Shown: positions 51,741 through 64,000, counted from the first letter of the stretch. The stretch is 64,000 nucleotides of DNA from Paraspadella gotoi (GCA_051294375.1 CM119270.1:7008053-7072052), one strand, 5' to 3'. Notes: generated from the sequence alone by a model not told the origin. Numbers and translations: made by a program.

Positions 51741-52081
51741 AAAAATGATTGGGTGAATGATTAAAGCAAATAAAAAGTGGAAAATGATTGGTTGAATGAT
51801 TAAAGCAAATAAAAAGTGGAAAATGATTGGTTGAATGATTAAAACAAATAAAAAGTGAAAAATGATTGGTTGAATGATTAAAGCAAATAAAAAGTGGAAA
51901 ATGATTGGTTGAATGATTAAAGCAAATAAAAAGTGGAAAATGATTGGTTGAATGATTAAAGCAAATAAAAGTGGAAAATGATTGGTCGAAGGATTAAAGT
52001 AAATAAAAAGTCGAAAAATGATTGGTTGAAGGATTACAGTAAATAAAAAGTCGAAAAATGATTGGTTGAAGGATTAAAGCA
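51741..52081. repeat. 39-bp minisatellite, ~8.7 copies
   Basis: Unit AAAATGATTGGTTGAATGATTAAAGCAAATAAAAAGTGG; abuts the acceptor of the first coding exon of CCDC9. Confidence 0.95.
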
Positions 52082-53679
52082 AGAGACACAAAAATTATGA
52101 ACTTATCGGTTAAAAGGTTGTACATCACGGAAAGTAAAGTCATTGAATCAGTGTATGATTGATACCAGACGTTTGGATGAATGGAATCACTCAACCGTTG
52201 CTAAAGATATCAATTATATTTAAAATTCTACTAATTATCGAAAGGTATTTTTGCATATAGTATTGATAAAATAAAAATCAATGCTTGATTGATTGCTTGA
52301 TTTACAAAAACCAAAGCAAAGACGACCAAAGCATTCGATTGAATTTTACAAAATTTAATTGATTGAATTATTGATTTAACCTCCCGAGTTCGAGGTCCAG
52401 TTATCCAGTCACACATCCGATTGTATTCTTCACAAATCGTCTTTTCTCACGCGATCAGCTCGCGACGACGACGACGACGACGACAACGACGATGGCAAGG
52501 ACGAGACTACTCTAGTTTAAAAGTGTGTTATCTGATTTGTGCTTCTGTGCACAAAAAACAACGATATTGACATATTTGAATTAACAGGTCGTCAAAAGAT
52601 TGAAAACATTAAGATTGATCTCGAGGCGAAAAGGGATTGACAAAGGATTGACCAATAAGGACTTATGTCAATCGATCAGAGATAACTGTCAAAAATTCAG
52701 AGAGAAAATAATCAAGTGAATAATATTCGCTATTCTCTGAATATTCTAGTTTCAGGGTTTTGGATTCCCTTGACAATGCCGTCTGACAATCGAAACGTAT
52801 TAAATAACAAGTATTTTAACTTTCCAACAATCTGACAAACAGGGAAAAAACCAAACCATGAGGGTTCGACCGTTGGCCTCGCCCTCAACCAATCAATTAA
52901 CAGCTCCAGACAATAAATTAATCAATCAATCGATCAATTTGCGCCAAGAATCCAACTCACCCGTGAATCAGGGATAAGAAGACGCCCGTATTTGCTGCGA
53001 AACGCTCATGACGAACCGTATGAGCAGAGGTCCGAGCAGATCTTAAGTCTTGACTCATCCCATCGAGGAACGGGACCAGCCTGGCTGGCTCTTCGTATTT
53101 CAGCTCTTTTTCTCTCTCTTCTTCTTCTTCTTTCTCTTTTTCTCTCTCTTCTTCTTCTTAAATTATTGATCTTCTTCCCTGACCTCGCCAAATAAAAGGG
53201 CTGCGGCTCCAATGAGAAACGACTTTTTCTCTCTAATTCTCCTGGCGTCGAGCGGAAGAAGAGAAAAAAACAACAAAAGATTTAACTATAATTCTGAAAT
53301 ATAAATTTACTTTATTTCTTTGTGATCCTAATATTTAGAAAAACTGCGATAAATATTTAACAGGTGCAGATTAAAAATAAAAGTCTAATGTTGGCAACAT
53401 TGTTGTCGTTACTTGTTTTTTTAAAAGTTGATTGTACTTCTAAAGATCACAAACGAAGTAACTTTCATCCCCTAAAAATATTCATTTCTAAACTAAAGAG
53501 GTCAGTTCTGCTTTGTGGCAAGTATTCTCAAGCAGATGGTTGAACAAAAGTACAATTTATACATTAGAGTGGAGCTCTTGAGAACAAAAATTAACAATAA
53601 TAATATTATGCGAGATAGTATAATTATCGAGTATAAAAAATATTTTGTTCGTATTGTTTCGGGAATAAAAAATATATTT

Positions 53680-54003
53680 ATAGTATTATCCTTATAAAAT
53701 ATGAAATTTTGTTAAAAATTTTGATTAAAGATTCGGATTTCTTTTAAAAAGTTAGACCAAAAATATAAAATATGTTATCATAAATTTCTATTATTAAAGT
53801 ATCAAATTTTTTTAAAAAAATTAAATTTTTTTATTTTTTTATTCTCTATAGTAGAAACTTATATGATAAACCGTTTTTGTCATTTAAATTAATATATTAT
53901 ATAGCATCTTTTACTAAAGTTTTTTTTTTTACGAATCCGAATCTGTAATTAATTTAAAAAAAAATTATTTTAAAATTTCTTAAATTTATAAGGATATTAC
54001 TAC
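53680..54003. mobile_element. AT-rich foldback / MITE-like inverted repeat
   Basis: TAGTATTATCCTTATAAAATATGAAATTTT pairs with AAAATTTCTTAAATTTATAAGGATATTACTA; inner AGATTCGGATT pairs with AATCCGAATCT. Confidence 0.6.
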
Positions 54004-54615
54004 AAAAAAAATGCATTTTGCTTTACTGTTATGCTAAAAAAATTTTTAAAAGGTATGATTTTCTTTAATTACATATACGGAGGCAGCAAAAAATATTGTT
54101 AACTCGCTTAATCTTTTCATCACTCCACCCTATTATACATCTCATAGCACAACGAAGGAAATAGGCGTGGTTTATTACGGGAGAAATAAGAGTTTTATCC
54201 ATTCTCTGGAATGAGCAAAAGAATATACAAAAATACTTTATCGATGATTCTCAAAATGGAAAACTAGTTTTTAATTATGAATTCTCAATTAATCTATAGT
54301 TTGGACTAAAATCACATTTCTTGTATGCTTTTAAATATATAAGTATATTTTTTTATATTTCCCTACCAGACGTTCTTTGCTTCCAATGCCTCGGGTGTCC
54401 AGGAGGAAACTATAAACAAATCAGTTTCAATGAAGAGAAAATAATATACGAGCAGAAGAAAAAGAGAAGAAAGAGAACGAGAAAGAGAGAGATGATTGAG
54501 TCAGGGTGTGGCGGTGTAGTTTTTTTCCCCGGGGTTTGTTTCAAATGAGGACCTCATGCTAAACCTCTAATCATGATCTGTTGAACACAATCAACCGAGA
54601 AAGAGCGACTGAAGC

Positions 54616-54617
<2 letters not shown>

Positions 54618-54691
<74 letters not shown>

Positions 54692-54820
54692 GATGACATC
54701 TAATAACGAATTCCTGGGATATTCGATCGGTCGCGGCTCCCGGGCTGATGAAGATGGGGAGAGGGGGAGAGGAGAGAGAGGAGAGAAAGAGAGAAGAGAG
54801 AGAGAGAGAGGAAGAGAAGA

Positions 54821-54847
<27 letters not shown>
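54618..54847. repeat. (GA)n microsatellites
   Basis: Pure run at 54618-54689 and a degenerate run at ~54760-54847. Confidence 0.9.
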
Positions 54848-54851
<4 letters not shown>

Positions 54852-55553
54852 GTATAATGGTTCCGTCCCCGTCTTAATGAATGATGTTGGTGTTTCTCTT
54901 TAAGAATCTTGTCCTTCTCATTCTACCGCATGGACCGAATCCATTGGCTGAGTATTTTAAATCGCAAATTGTTAAACTCATTGTAACAAAATGACATTCC
55001 AGCAACTTTAGTATTAAATATTTTCGCCAATGCCACTTCCCACATTAATCCTGTTTTCAATAAACACCTTAATTTTATTTCCAACGTTTCTCGTCGGGTG
55101 AGTGGAACTGCTGATTTAAATTAATAAATATTTACCCTCTGATAAAAAAAAAAAAAATGAATCGGTGAGTCAGTGACAATCATGAGGTTCGGCGCCAGCG
55201 TCGCCCTCTACCTCGTCGTCATCGAACTCCCCTTCTTCGGCGGACGAGAGGCGCTGAGGAACAAGAACCTCATCGTGGATTCCCTCGTCGTTTTCGAAGG
55301 ACCTTGACTCCAGATCGAGGCTTGAGTTGTTATTGTCAACTTGGAATCGACACGTACATAATCGCGATAATCGGTGATTTCTTTTGCGCTATCGAAATAA
55401 ATTCATGAATTATACGCTAATTGCTTATTGTATTTCTTCGGATGATTTGTATATTTCGTCAACTTTGTATAAAAAGGTTTTTATTGAATAAATTTGTTTT
55501 GTTACCAAAAATTACACCTTTTAACGTCATAAATCATAATGATAGTAATATAT

Positions 55554-55729
55554 AATAAACGAGACTGTGAGAGAGTCTTGATTGAAAGCTTGCAGGGACC
55601 TGCTATGTCATTATCTTGTAAGAGTGATGGAGGCCTTAAACCACCAAAGCCTGTCCAAAGTCAGGGGCAAGATAGCTTATTTATTAAATGAATGGATAAT
55701 TTTTATATTGGTTGTACCAATTTCATAAA
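55554..55729. repeat. Third, inverted and truncated copy of the 38896-39480 repeat
   Basis: GAGTCTTGATTGAAAGCTTGCAGGGACC...GTTGTACCAATTTCATAAA is the reverse complement of ~39217-39391. Confidence 0.92.
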
Positions 55730-56485
55730 GATAAACTTTGCTAACGGAAAAAAGTTTAGTAAACAAAAGACGAATTCGTTATACATCTTTAACTAAACAC
55801 CTTGTTTTTTTTAAGACGTAGACAAATCATGTTAAAAAATAAACCGTTTTGTTACTTTTTTTTATTGTTTATAAATCCTCGTGAAAAAAAATCATTTTCA
55901 AATCACAATTGTTCATATGAATTTGATTTTTATCTTGGATTGATCTTTCTGTTTGGTTCTTTGTCTTATCAGCTTCCATCGCTGCTTCCTTGACATGAAA
56001 AAGTTTTTACCCACGATCAATTTCCACTTTGCCCCGATCCAGCTTTAGGTATTTATGATAGTAAGCTACTAAACTTCCTTCACAAATTTTTCGACAAAAT
56101 CTATTTTCATTCACTTACTAACCCACTCGCTCACATTCCTTAACCCCCTTCAAGTTAAGTTTTCTATCGTTGCTCCACCGCCGTAACTTTTCACGACGGC
56201 AGCCGGGAAAAGTAAGCGTGGGATGAACGATGAACAATGGACGATGGGCGAAGACTGATCTCTTTTGGAACGTCTCGTCGACAATGTAATCGGAACAATC
56301 CCAAGTCCAACGATCTCCACGCAGGAAAGAGTTCTCGTAACTCTACCTAAGTCGACGAAGTTTTCTTCAGTCCTATTTAAATCGATTTTTGCTCCGGTAT
56401 TGAAGCTCAACTCCAACGTTTCAGCTCCTTTCTCTTTTCCGTCAGCAGTGGAGCCCGTCTCACTCTCCCTCTCTCTCCTCCCTTT

Positions 56486-56744
56486 TCAAAGGAATGGGTT
56501 CTGAATGTCTTTCTCGGTCAGCGGAGGAGCGCCGCTCCATTTGGGCGCTATGACCACGCCCACTCGTCCGTGGTACGGGCGCCACAACAGCATTTGGGCG
56601 GCGTTGGCGTGGGGCGGGTCCAGGGCGTTGGGGGGGATGGGCTCGTTGTAGGGGAGGACCTAAGGGTGGGGAAGGGGAAATTAAGCAGAAAGAGAGAGAG
56701 AGAGAGACAGAAAGAGAGAGAGAGAACATTTTAACATTTATCTC

Positions 56745-56808
<64 letters not shown>

Positions 56809-59653
56809 AGGGGTGGGAAAGGACTCTTGAACAAAGAATTATGCACAGAAATAAAAAGAACAAAACAAAAGAAAATTATTCAACATATGGATAAATGAAT
56901 TCAGACGGCGAGAGACCCACCTCGGGCTGGATCTGCTTGATGGGTCCCATTAGCGTAGATCTCTGACCAAGAGCTCGATCGGGATCCACGGCGATGTTGA
57001 TCTGCATTCGCCAAATGACCGTCTTTAAGGGGAACACCTGGTTTCGCGAAAATTGGGGATAGAGGGGCAATAGGGAAGGGTTTTGTTTAAATCCACTTGC
57101 TCTATAATTTATCACTTATAATTCGAATCATTTTCGCTCTGCCTCTACTTACGATTTACTCATTATGAAAAATAACCTACCTTTTACACTATTGTTCAGT
57201 TACTGTTTACGAAATTAACTTATTTGCAGAGGCAGAAATAGAGAAAGGTAGGGGAAGAAAAAATTGTAGGTGACGGCGTGAGAAGCAGGGAAGGAAAGAG
57301 AACAATAGAAAGAGGTGAAGAGAAAGAATCAGGGAAAGGATATGAGGGGAGAAATATTGTATCAGATAATGTGGCGTCTTGCCCGAAGAGTTTTGTGTAA
57401 ATAAAAGCCGTGAAAATTCATACAAGGAATATGATCCTCGAAAGTTTTTTTGTAACATTCCTACTTTTCTCTTAAATTATACATCATACCGATCAGTGAG
57501 ATGAAAAGAGATGGTAATTATTTAAGTTTAGAAATCCCTGTCTAAAAGAGTCCCCTTCGGACGTGGAGCCCTTTACTTTCTGTCGCTTTCACTTATTTTT
57601 CACTCTTTTCCTATTTTTAGTCTTATTTCTGGCCTTCATCAGTCTCGATATCAAAAATGAGGCAACCTGCTTCGTTTCTTCGTTTCTTGCCACAACCCAG
57701 GAATGAAAACTGAACGTAAACGATACAAATTGTAAATATTAATAATTTAATAAACTTACGTAAATATCTTTTAAAAAAAACCAAAAACCAGTGAGTTGTT
57801 GTCACTAAACCTGGCCCCATCTTCTTACAGTAAATCTATCTTTATCATCTCTCATAAATGAATTGGTAAATCCTTCTCTGATGATTTCAAATAAAAATTT
57901 AAGAAATCCTTCCTGACCAATCTAACGACAACGAACCTTTGATCTCTGTGAATTTCCGTGAGTTTGCATTCGCCGGCCACGAATCTGTCTCCGTTGGGCG
58001 GAACCCACGTGATCTGCGAGAGTAAAGAGAGTGACAGTCACCGAAGGGCGAGAGCGACCAATTCGAGGATGAAAAAAGTAGATGGCGAGCGAGACGAGTG
58101 CTCTTATGATAGCTGAGGCTGACAGAAAAAGCAAATGCTTTATTCGCGAGCGAATACTGCAAAACGGAGCAAAAAGACTTGACTCTTAATTCAGAAAACT
58201 GAAAACTGGAACTTACCTGCGGCGAGAACGAGTCCGACATCCTGATATTGAAGGTGGTGCTTCCCTTTGTCGGCCCAGATACGAGTTGTACCTCGTGACG
58301 ATTTCCATACCTGGAAACGGAATGGCGGAAGTGTGTCGGCTTCGTGACTGCTGCGTGACTGCTGTGGTGACAGTTGCGCGACTGCTGTGTCAGCGCTCTG
58401 TTCCCCCACCGACTTCCCCATCTTTTGTCTGTAATCCTTCCCACCAATAGCTTGCATCTCTTCGCACTCACCTTCCCCGTCCCTTACCCACTATTTAAGC
58501 CCTCACCAAGGAAAGTGAATGCCGTCGGAATCGGAGAGCATCTTAAGCCCTCGATTCAACTCGGGAAATTCCCAACTCGTCATCCCCAGATTTCCGTATA
58601 TGTTGACGAACTTCATGCGGTGACAGGCTTGGACCCAACCGATCTTCCACGACTCGGACGACTTCATTCGAGGGACGAGTACCTTTTTTTTGGAGGGGGG
58701 GAGTGGGGGGGATAAGACGTGGAGACAGTGGGCGAGGAGAATCTTGGTATTGGCATTTGACGTCGGTAAAAGTTGAAAACGGCAGGAGTATTATAACGTA
58801 CGTATAATTAAATATTGTTATTATTAAGACACTGTATTTTTTTTTCATTTAGATAAAGGCAAAATTTTGTTTTCATGTAAGCGAATAATTTCGAAAACAT
58901 TAAATTATCGTTTCTTTCAAATGTTTAATTCGAAGTAATGTCGGTTTTTTATTGGTGGTGGCGGTGGTGGTAGTCGTTGTCCTCCTACTCGTCCACCCTT
59001 TCTTCCCACGGCGCCAATCTCACCGCCGCCTCCGCCTTGAACGACGGCGTCTTGTATTTGACGAAAATGTTGGACGCCTCTTCGATCATCGTCGGTTTGT
59101 CTTCGATGTAGGCGTTGACGTTGACCTGAGGAGTGATTGGATTATTGGTATGATTGGTCGATGAAAAGCTTGGAAGATTGATCGATGAAAAGCTTGGATG
59201 ATAAAGATTCCTGGTAATGGCTCAATGGTTGCTGGGTGAGTAATGAGATATTGATTGACTACTATGTTTATTTTTTTTCGGAGATTGATTGTTCACACAA
59301 TTGATTGGCCCCGAAACCTTGATCCTCGACGGATCGAAGACGTCGTTGTTTCCATTTTTAAGCCACTTGTTGTTGTTGTTGTCGTTCTCGGTCTCGTCCT
59401 GTTCCAGCTGCAGCAGCAGCAGGGGTTCCTCTCCGTCGCCGTCGCCGCAGCCGCTTCCGCCGCCCACGCCTCCTTCCCCGCATCCGCCGACGTCGTCGTC
59501 GTAGAAGCGTACGTTGGCGTTCTCGTTGGCGGGGTCTCCGCCGCAGCCCCCGTGGCCCGCCCCCCCGGGCCCGCTATCCCCGTAAAGGGCGCCCCTCTGA
59601 CCCCGATTCGTTGTCACCGTCGCGATGATCTGACGACCGAACGTCCCCCCCAT
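56486..59653 (-). CDS. FAM78: FAM78A/B-like protein (372 aa from ATG 59653; 398 aa if ATG 59799 is used)
   Basis: Exons 59653-59318, 59125-59024, 58682-58507, 58310-58217, 58013-57937, 57709-57667, 57037-56921, 56659-56486. The spliced protein has KYKTPSFKA, WKIGWVQAC.RMKFVN.YG..GMTSWEFPEL, SDSDGIHFPWYGN, GPTK, MSDSFSPQITW, LTEIHRDQSFHSW, WRMQINIAVDP...LGQR and NEPIPPNAL..PHANAAQMLLWRP, collinear with FAM78. Confidence 0.9.
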
Positions 59654-59692
59654 CCTCGGTCGACGGAAGCTGGAGGGGTTGAGAGAGAGCGT

Positions 59693-59724
<32 letters not shown>

Positions 59725-60491
59725 ACGAGAGACTTACTTGCTTCGCGAATGTCGGATCAATTTCGTGGAGAGGTGCACGATTGCGGTTGCGCTAAACATT
59801 ACCCCTCATGGCGTACACATCGCCCCCTTGGATTTTAATTAAAACCCTTTTTATATATAACAAAATAAAAAAAAATTAAACAAAAGATCCTAAAAGTCCT
59901 ACTCGTTTCTTCGTCGTCGTTTTACGATAAAGACGTAAGAGGGCTGTTCCGTCGAATTCCTACGACCGACGAGGTCGATCGAAGGAAAACAAAAGACGCC
60001 GGAAGATGGAAAAGGAATAAAGTGGATTCTGATTGGACAATTTTAGATTGATCGTCAAATTTCATTATACTTTAGGGAAAATAGAATATAAAATAAAGAT
60101 GATGGATGTTTGAATGTAGTCTGCAATAAATAGGGGAGAAGAGAAGGAGAAGGAGAAATGGATGATATCACTTTAATTTAATATCAATGAAATAAAAAGA
60201 ATTACTTACTAAACGAAATTGTTGAAATATTTAAACTTAACTAAGCCCAATCACAACAGATTCTGATCATCCCTCAAACTCAATATTCATTAACCCTAAT
60301 ATCAAAATATCACTTAACTCAATCACCGCAATATCGAGATCATTACATTCGAAAATTGAGCGCTTTAACTTTAATCAAGTTAAAAATTCCATCAACGCGT
60401 TATCCAATCAGAAGTCTAACCTTCTTTCGGCGTGACTAGAGTCCGCGGGCGTTGTCGCGGTTTTAATTCAGAGTTAAGGGGGGGAGGGAGA

Positions 60492-60530
<39 letters not shown>

Positions 60531-60850
60531 AGAGAAGAGAGAGAGAGAGAGAGAGAGATTCAGGCTGCAAGATCAGCAAGGCTTTGTAGAAGCATAAAAA
60601 AAGAACAACAACAACAACAAGGAGGCGCGGGTCTGGATTTGATTGAGATTCTCTTCGAGATTCGCCCTCTGCCTTCGTCGCGGGAGGGCGGCGCGCCGTT
60701 GCCCGCATCCTCTCACGAAAATAGGGAAAAGAAATAGAAAATTAAATGAGAAATGAAATATAGAGATGGAGTAGGAATGGAAAATGAAATAAGAATCGAA
60801 TCGATTCGCAATGAATAAAGAAATAAAAAATAAACATCAATTGTTCATCA

Positions 60851-61033
60851 GCGGCCATTAGTGCAGGAGGCAAGTCGTTCGCCTCCCAGCCAACAGGTCC
60901 GGGGTTCTATCCCGGTGGTCGCCTAGCAGTTAAGGGGACGGAGCCTTTAACCCGCCTGTAACACGGTGATACAGCCTGATCCGAAGTTCAGAGACTGCTT
61001 ATATATTGAACGGTTCTGTCGCTAACCCACAAC
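60851..61033 (+). mobile_element. tRNA(Gly)-like-derived SINE
   Basis: Acceptor stem GCGGCCA/TGGTCGC, TCGCCTCCCA anticodon-like region, T-arm CCGGG-GTTCTAT-CCCGG; body homologous to 44268-44350. Confidence 0.7.
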
Positions 61034-61717
61034 AATCATTACTGTCTCTTCATAAATAACAACTCGAAGTAAAGTTTGGCGAGAGCTCTTCTCTGTTCAT
61101 TTCATTTTATTCCAACCCCCTTCTGTTATGATTACATTTCTTTCCCTTACGCCGCGGCTTCGTTCCATTTCAGCGCCATTTTATTGCCATTTGCCATTTG
61201 CCAATCGCCATTTCCAAGTCGTTTCGTTTCTCCGTCATTTCCTTTTCGATTTTCCTCGCAACGGGTGTGAAATTAAAGTCAATAAAAAGGGGAATTCTAA
61301 AAAGAAGACAGAATATTTTAATAATATTCTGTTTTTAACATATAAAAAAAACCGTTAGAACAAAAGAGCATCTCTATTGACTTTTGTCAGTGAATACTGA
61401 ATACCCGATTGAGTTCAGAGAGCCCTTCGGGCAAAAAGCCGAGAAATCTGTGTTGATTAACAGATTAATTGATTTATAAAATTAACATTGAATTAATACC
61501 GTTGGATAAGGTCAGCATCATAAAGAATCATCAGTAAATTGATGAACAGACATTGGAAAGTTATTTTGTAGGCAAGTCTAGAATCTAGATAATAATTAAT
61601 CTTAAATTACGAATGTGACAATTCATTCACCTCAAACTCCCCCAGAATCAGATGTCACGAATAAGAATTCTACTTAAGCCCGTTTACAAAACTGACAGAA
61701 AGAATCGCAGACGCTTT

Positions 61718-61729
61718 TGCGCGTGCGCA
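61718..61729. promoter_or_regulatory. NRF1-like palindromic site upstream of FAM78
   Basis: TGCGCGTGCGCA; a minus-strand donor GAG|GTGAAT at ~61630 suggests a non-coding first exon nearby. Confidence 0.3.
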
Positions 61730-63457
61730 GATGGGGGAAAAAATTGAGGAGCAGAGGTCGAGAGAACGAAACCCCTACGGATTTCCTTGCTAAACAAAAA
61801 CAACGACAAGCACAACAGCCACGGGAAAACTAGTACAAGTATATCTACAATTTCATCATCATCATCATCATCAATAATAACAATAACAACAACAACAATA
61901 ACGGCGAAAAGACAGAGTTCCCTCTCTTCTCTCGATCGAAACTCAAACGCGAAACGAATTCGAAAAAAAATAACAGAAAAGAAAAAAAAAGAAAAAAAAT
62001 CGGAAACGAAAATACATAAAACTCGATTTCGTATCGAGATTCGAGTGGAAAAGAGAGAAAGAAAACAGGAAGAATGAAAATATAAAAAGAAAAAAAAAAA
62101 GAAGAAAAAAAAGAATAAATATTTTATTTTTTTTGCGTGAAGAATTTTTGAGCATCGATTTTCGGTTGCTTCTTTTTTTTTTCATCGGCTTCTCTCTTAC
62201 GCCAAAATCTAATTTTAGAGATGAAAACTGACTTGAGCTCTCCTGTCTTCTTTTTTTTCCCTTTTTTTTCTTTTTCTTCTTTCTTCATTGTTTGTTTTCT
62301 CTCACATTCTAACACTTTCTATTTTACCGCCCTTTTTTTTCTCCTGTCACTGCATACTCCAGCTATGATATCTCAAGATTTCCATTCCTGGACTTTTTCA
62401 TCTTTCCATATTCTCTCCCCCCCCTCTCTCTCTCTCTTCCCCCTCCCTCCTTGGGATTCCGTCTCACACGTCTCCCCCCACACGAAAAAAAATTCAGAAT
62501 TTTCCTTCAAAATTCTGTATTCAAAATCGCGTTGTAATTCAAAAAGATGAGAGATGCTTTTCCGATTGAATAACTTATTTCAGACCCGGCGAATTCTGGG
62601 TTTAATTCGTAAATCCACCAGCTTCTCTAACTCGTTTATTATTATATTTCCCATAAAAACAAATTCGAAAAATGCCCTGCCAACGTTTTGTGTATACATT
62701 AGTTCCATAACATATTTCCCAATACCGCGGATTCTTGTAGAATGAGTAACAACGAAGATTGTCTCGGGTTTAAATAACTATGGGTTTTTTAAAAGTACTA
62801 CTGCTCAACTGGCGGCATAAATCTGAAACCTACGTGTCGTTGTCGCGAAACATTGTCATTGGATTTGACATGAAAAGTGATTAGTTTTAGACTTGGATAT
62901 TTCGCTAAAGGTCTTTCTGCCTAGTCCACATTCTCTAAGAAAAAAAGTTTTTTTTTAAGATGAAAATTAGTTTGTACTATGATTGGTCAAAAAATATATT
63001 ATATAAGTCTAAGAAAATAAAACCTTGTGACTACGAAATAAAAACTAAAATGTTGCAAGAATTTATTTGACTAATTACTTCATCTATTTTACAATTGGAG
63101 CTAAAATTTGGAGGCGCCAAATAAGAAATTTTCGAGACGAAAAGAAAACAAAAGAAGAAAAGAAAAAATCAAACAACAACTCAAAACAAAACTAAAAATG
63201 GCGCCAAAATAAAAAAAAGAAAATTTATTCGTAGTCTTCGACTAACGACCTCATTAGCTAAAAAAAAAAAGTGAGACGACATCTGTTAACGTGACGCGAC
63301 GACACGCGAAGCCAATTCCGTCGATGGCGTTGCGCGGCCTCTTCCTTCGTTTTGATGCGTCTCCGATTCGACAAGGCGTCTGGCACGCCCACTCGCTAAC
63401 GATACAGAGTTGACGCGAACCTTCTTGCAGCAACTCGTAGCAGCGGCAGCTTCGCCT

Positions 63458-63735
63458 TCACTCCAGCCCGACGTCGAGACACATCATGATGATGAAGCCG
63501 ACGATGGAACCGGCCGACGCCCACCTGTTCCGCGGCGGAAGAGAGAGAAAAAAACCAATATATTAAATTTGAGTAAATACGAAAATAAGATGTAAAAGAG
63601 GTATAAAAAACGAATTGAGAACAAATAAAAAAAAAAATAAGAAAACGAATAAAAAATAGAAAGAAAAGTTCGATCAAATATCGAGTTTGAATCGAGCGCA
63701 TCTGGCGTCGATTTTTATCGCGAATGACAACCTGG

Positions 63736-63776
<41 letters not shown>

Positions 63777-63987
63777 GAAAAAACGTTAAACAAAATGTTC
63801 TTTCAATTTTTTATTTTCAACTTCCGGCCTCGCATCGTCCCTCCCTCTCTTTCCTTTCCTCCCTCTCTTTCCTTTCCTCCCTTTATTTCCTTTCTTCCCC
63901 CTCTTCATTCCCTCCCCTCTCACCTTCCGTTCCCCGCGATCTGCGCCTCTGGAATGATGTCGTCGACCACAACAAAAATCATGGCAC
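63458..63987 (-). CDS. SLC39A11: Zinc transporter ZIP11, last two coding exons (gene continues beyond 64000)
   Basis: Exons 63987-63924 and 63524-63458 splice (TAG|, AG|GTGAGA, CAG|) to GAMIFVVVDDIIPEAQIAGNGRWASAGSIVGFIIMMCLDVGLE*, matching the ZIP11/GufA C-terminus. This frame is absent from the ORF track. Confidence 0.9.
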
Positions 63988-64000
63988 CTATGAAAGGAGG

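Noticed and set aside
51741-52081. 39-bp (and 18-bp, 45959-46056) arrays as CRISPR-like repeats
   Set aside because: Head-to-tail units with no unique spacers, no cas genes, eukaryotic intron context.
54369-54548. VLCFQCLGC after a CAG, reminiscent of a Ly6/uPAR start
   Set aside because: Remaining cysteine pattern and a signal-peptide exon were not found.
60851-60923. Functional tRNA-Gly(CCC), and tRNAs at 8290 and 44189
   Set aside because: D, anticodon or T arms are broken; two of the three continue into a shared SINE-like body.
42724-64000. Four co-oriented genes (ZIP11, FAM78, CCDC9, KMT2E) as a trans-spliced operon
   Set aside because: Intergenic gaps are kilobases long with promoter-like islands and cis donor sites for 5'UTR exons.

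Overview
Intron-rich animal (probably invertebrate) genomic DNA, not prokaryotic: GC/CpG-rich exons sit in AT-rich introns with many (GA)n microsatellites. By hand-splicing I recover seven protein-coding genes whose exon phases are all consistent: kinesin-3 KIF13 (-, runs off the left end), an MTMR10-class pseudophosphatase (+), enkurin (+), a PHD-SET KMT2E/UpSET homolog (-), a CCDC9-like gene (-), a FAM78-like gene (-) and the last two exons of ZIP11/SLC39A11 (-, absent from the ORF track). Repeats include tRNA-derived SINEs, TIR/foldback MITEs (one carrying TTAGGG-like tracts), HINE/DINE-like ends, a three-copy repeat with weak Gag-like coding similarity, and minisatellites. I see no clear new multi-gene system. 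The best leads are a PAM2-like motif in a frame-symmetric exon of CCDC9, a 111-codon open frame after the FAM78 TGA, a possible dual-targeting FAM78 N-terminus, two GC-AG introns with identical AG|GCAAGA donors, a Gly linker at the KIF13 NC-CC1 hinge, and a SINE body shared by two different tRNA-like heads. All homology calls are from memory of the families; no database search was run.
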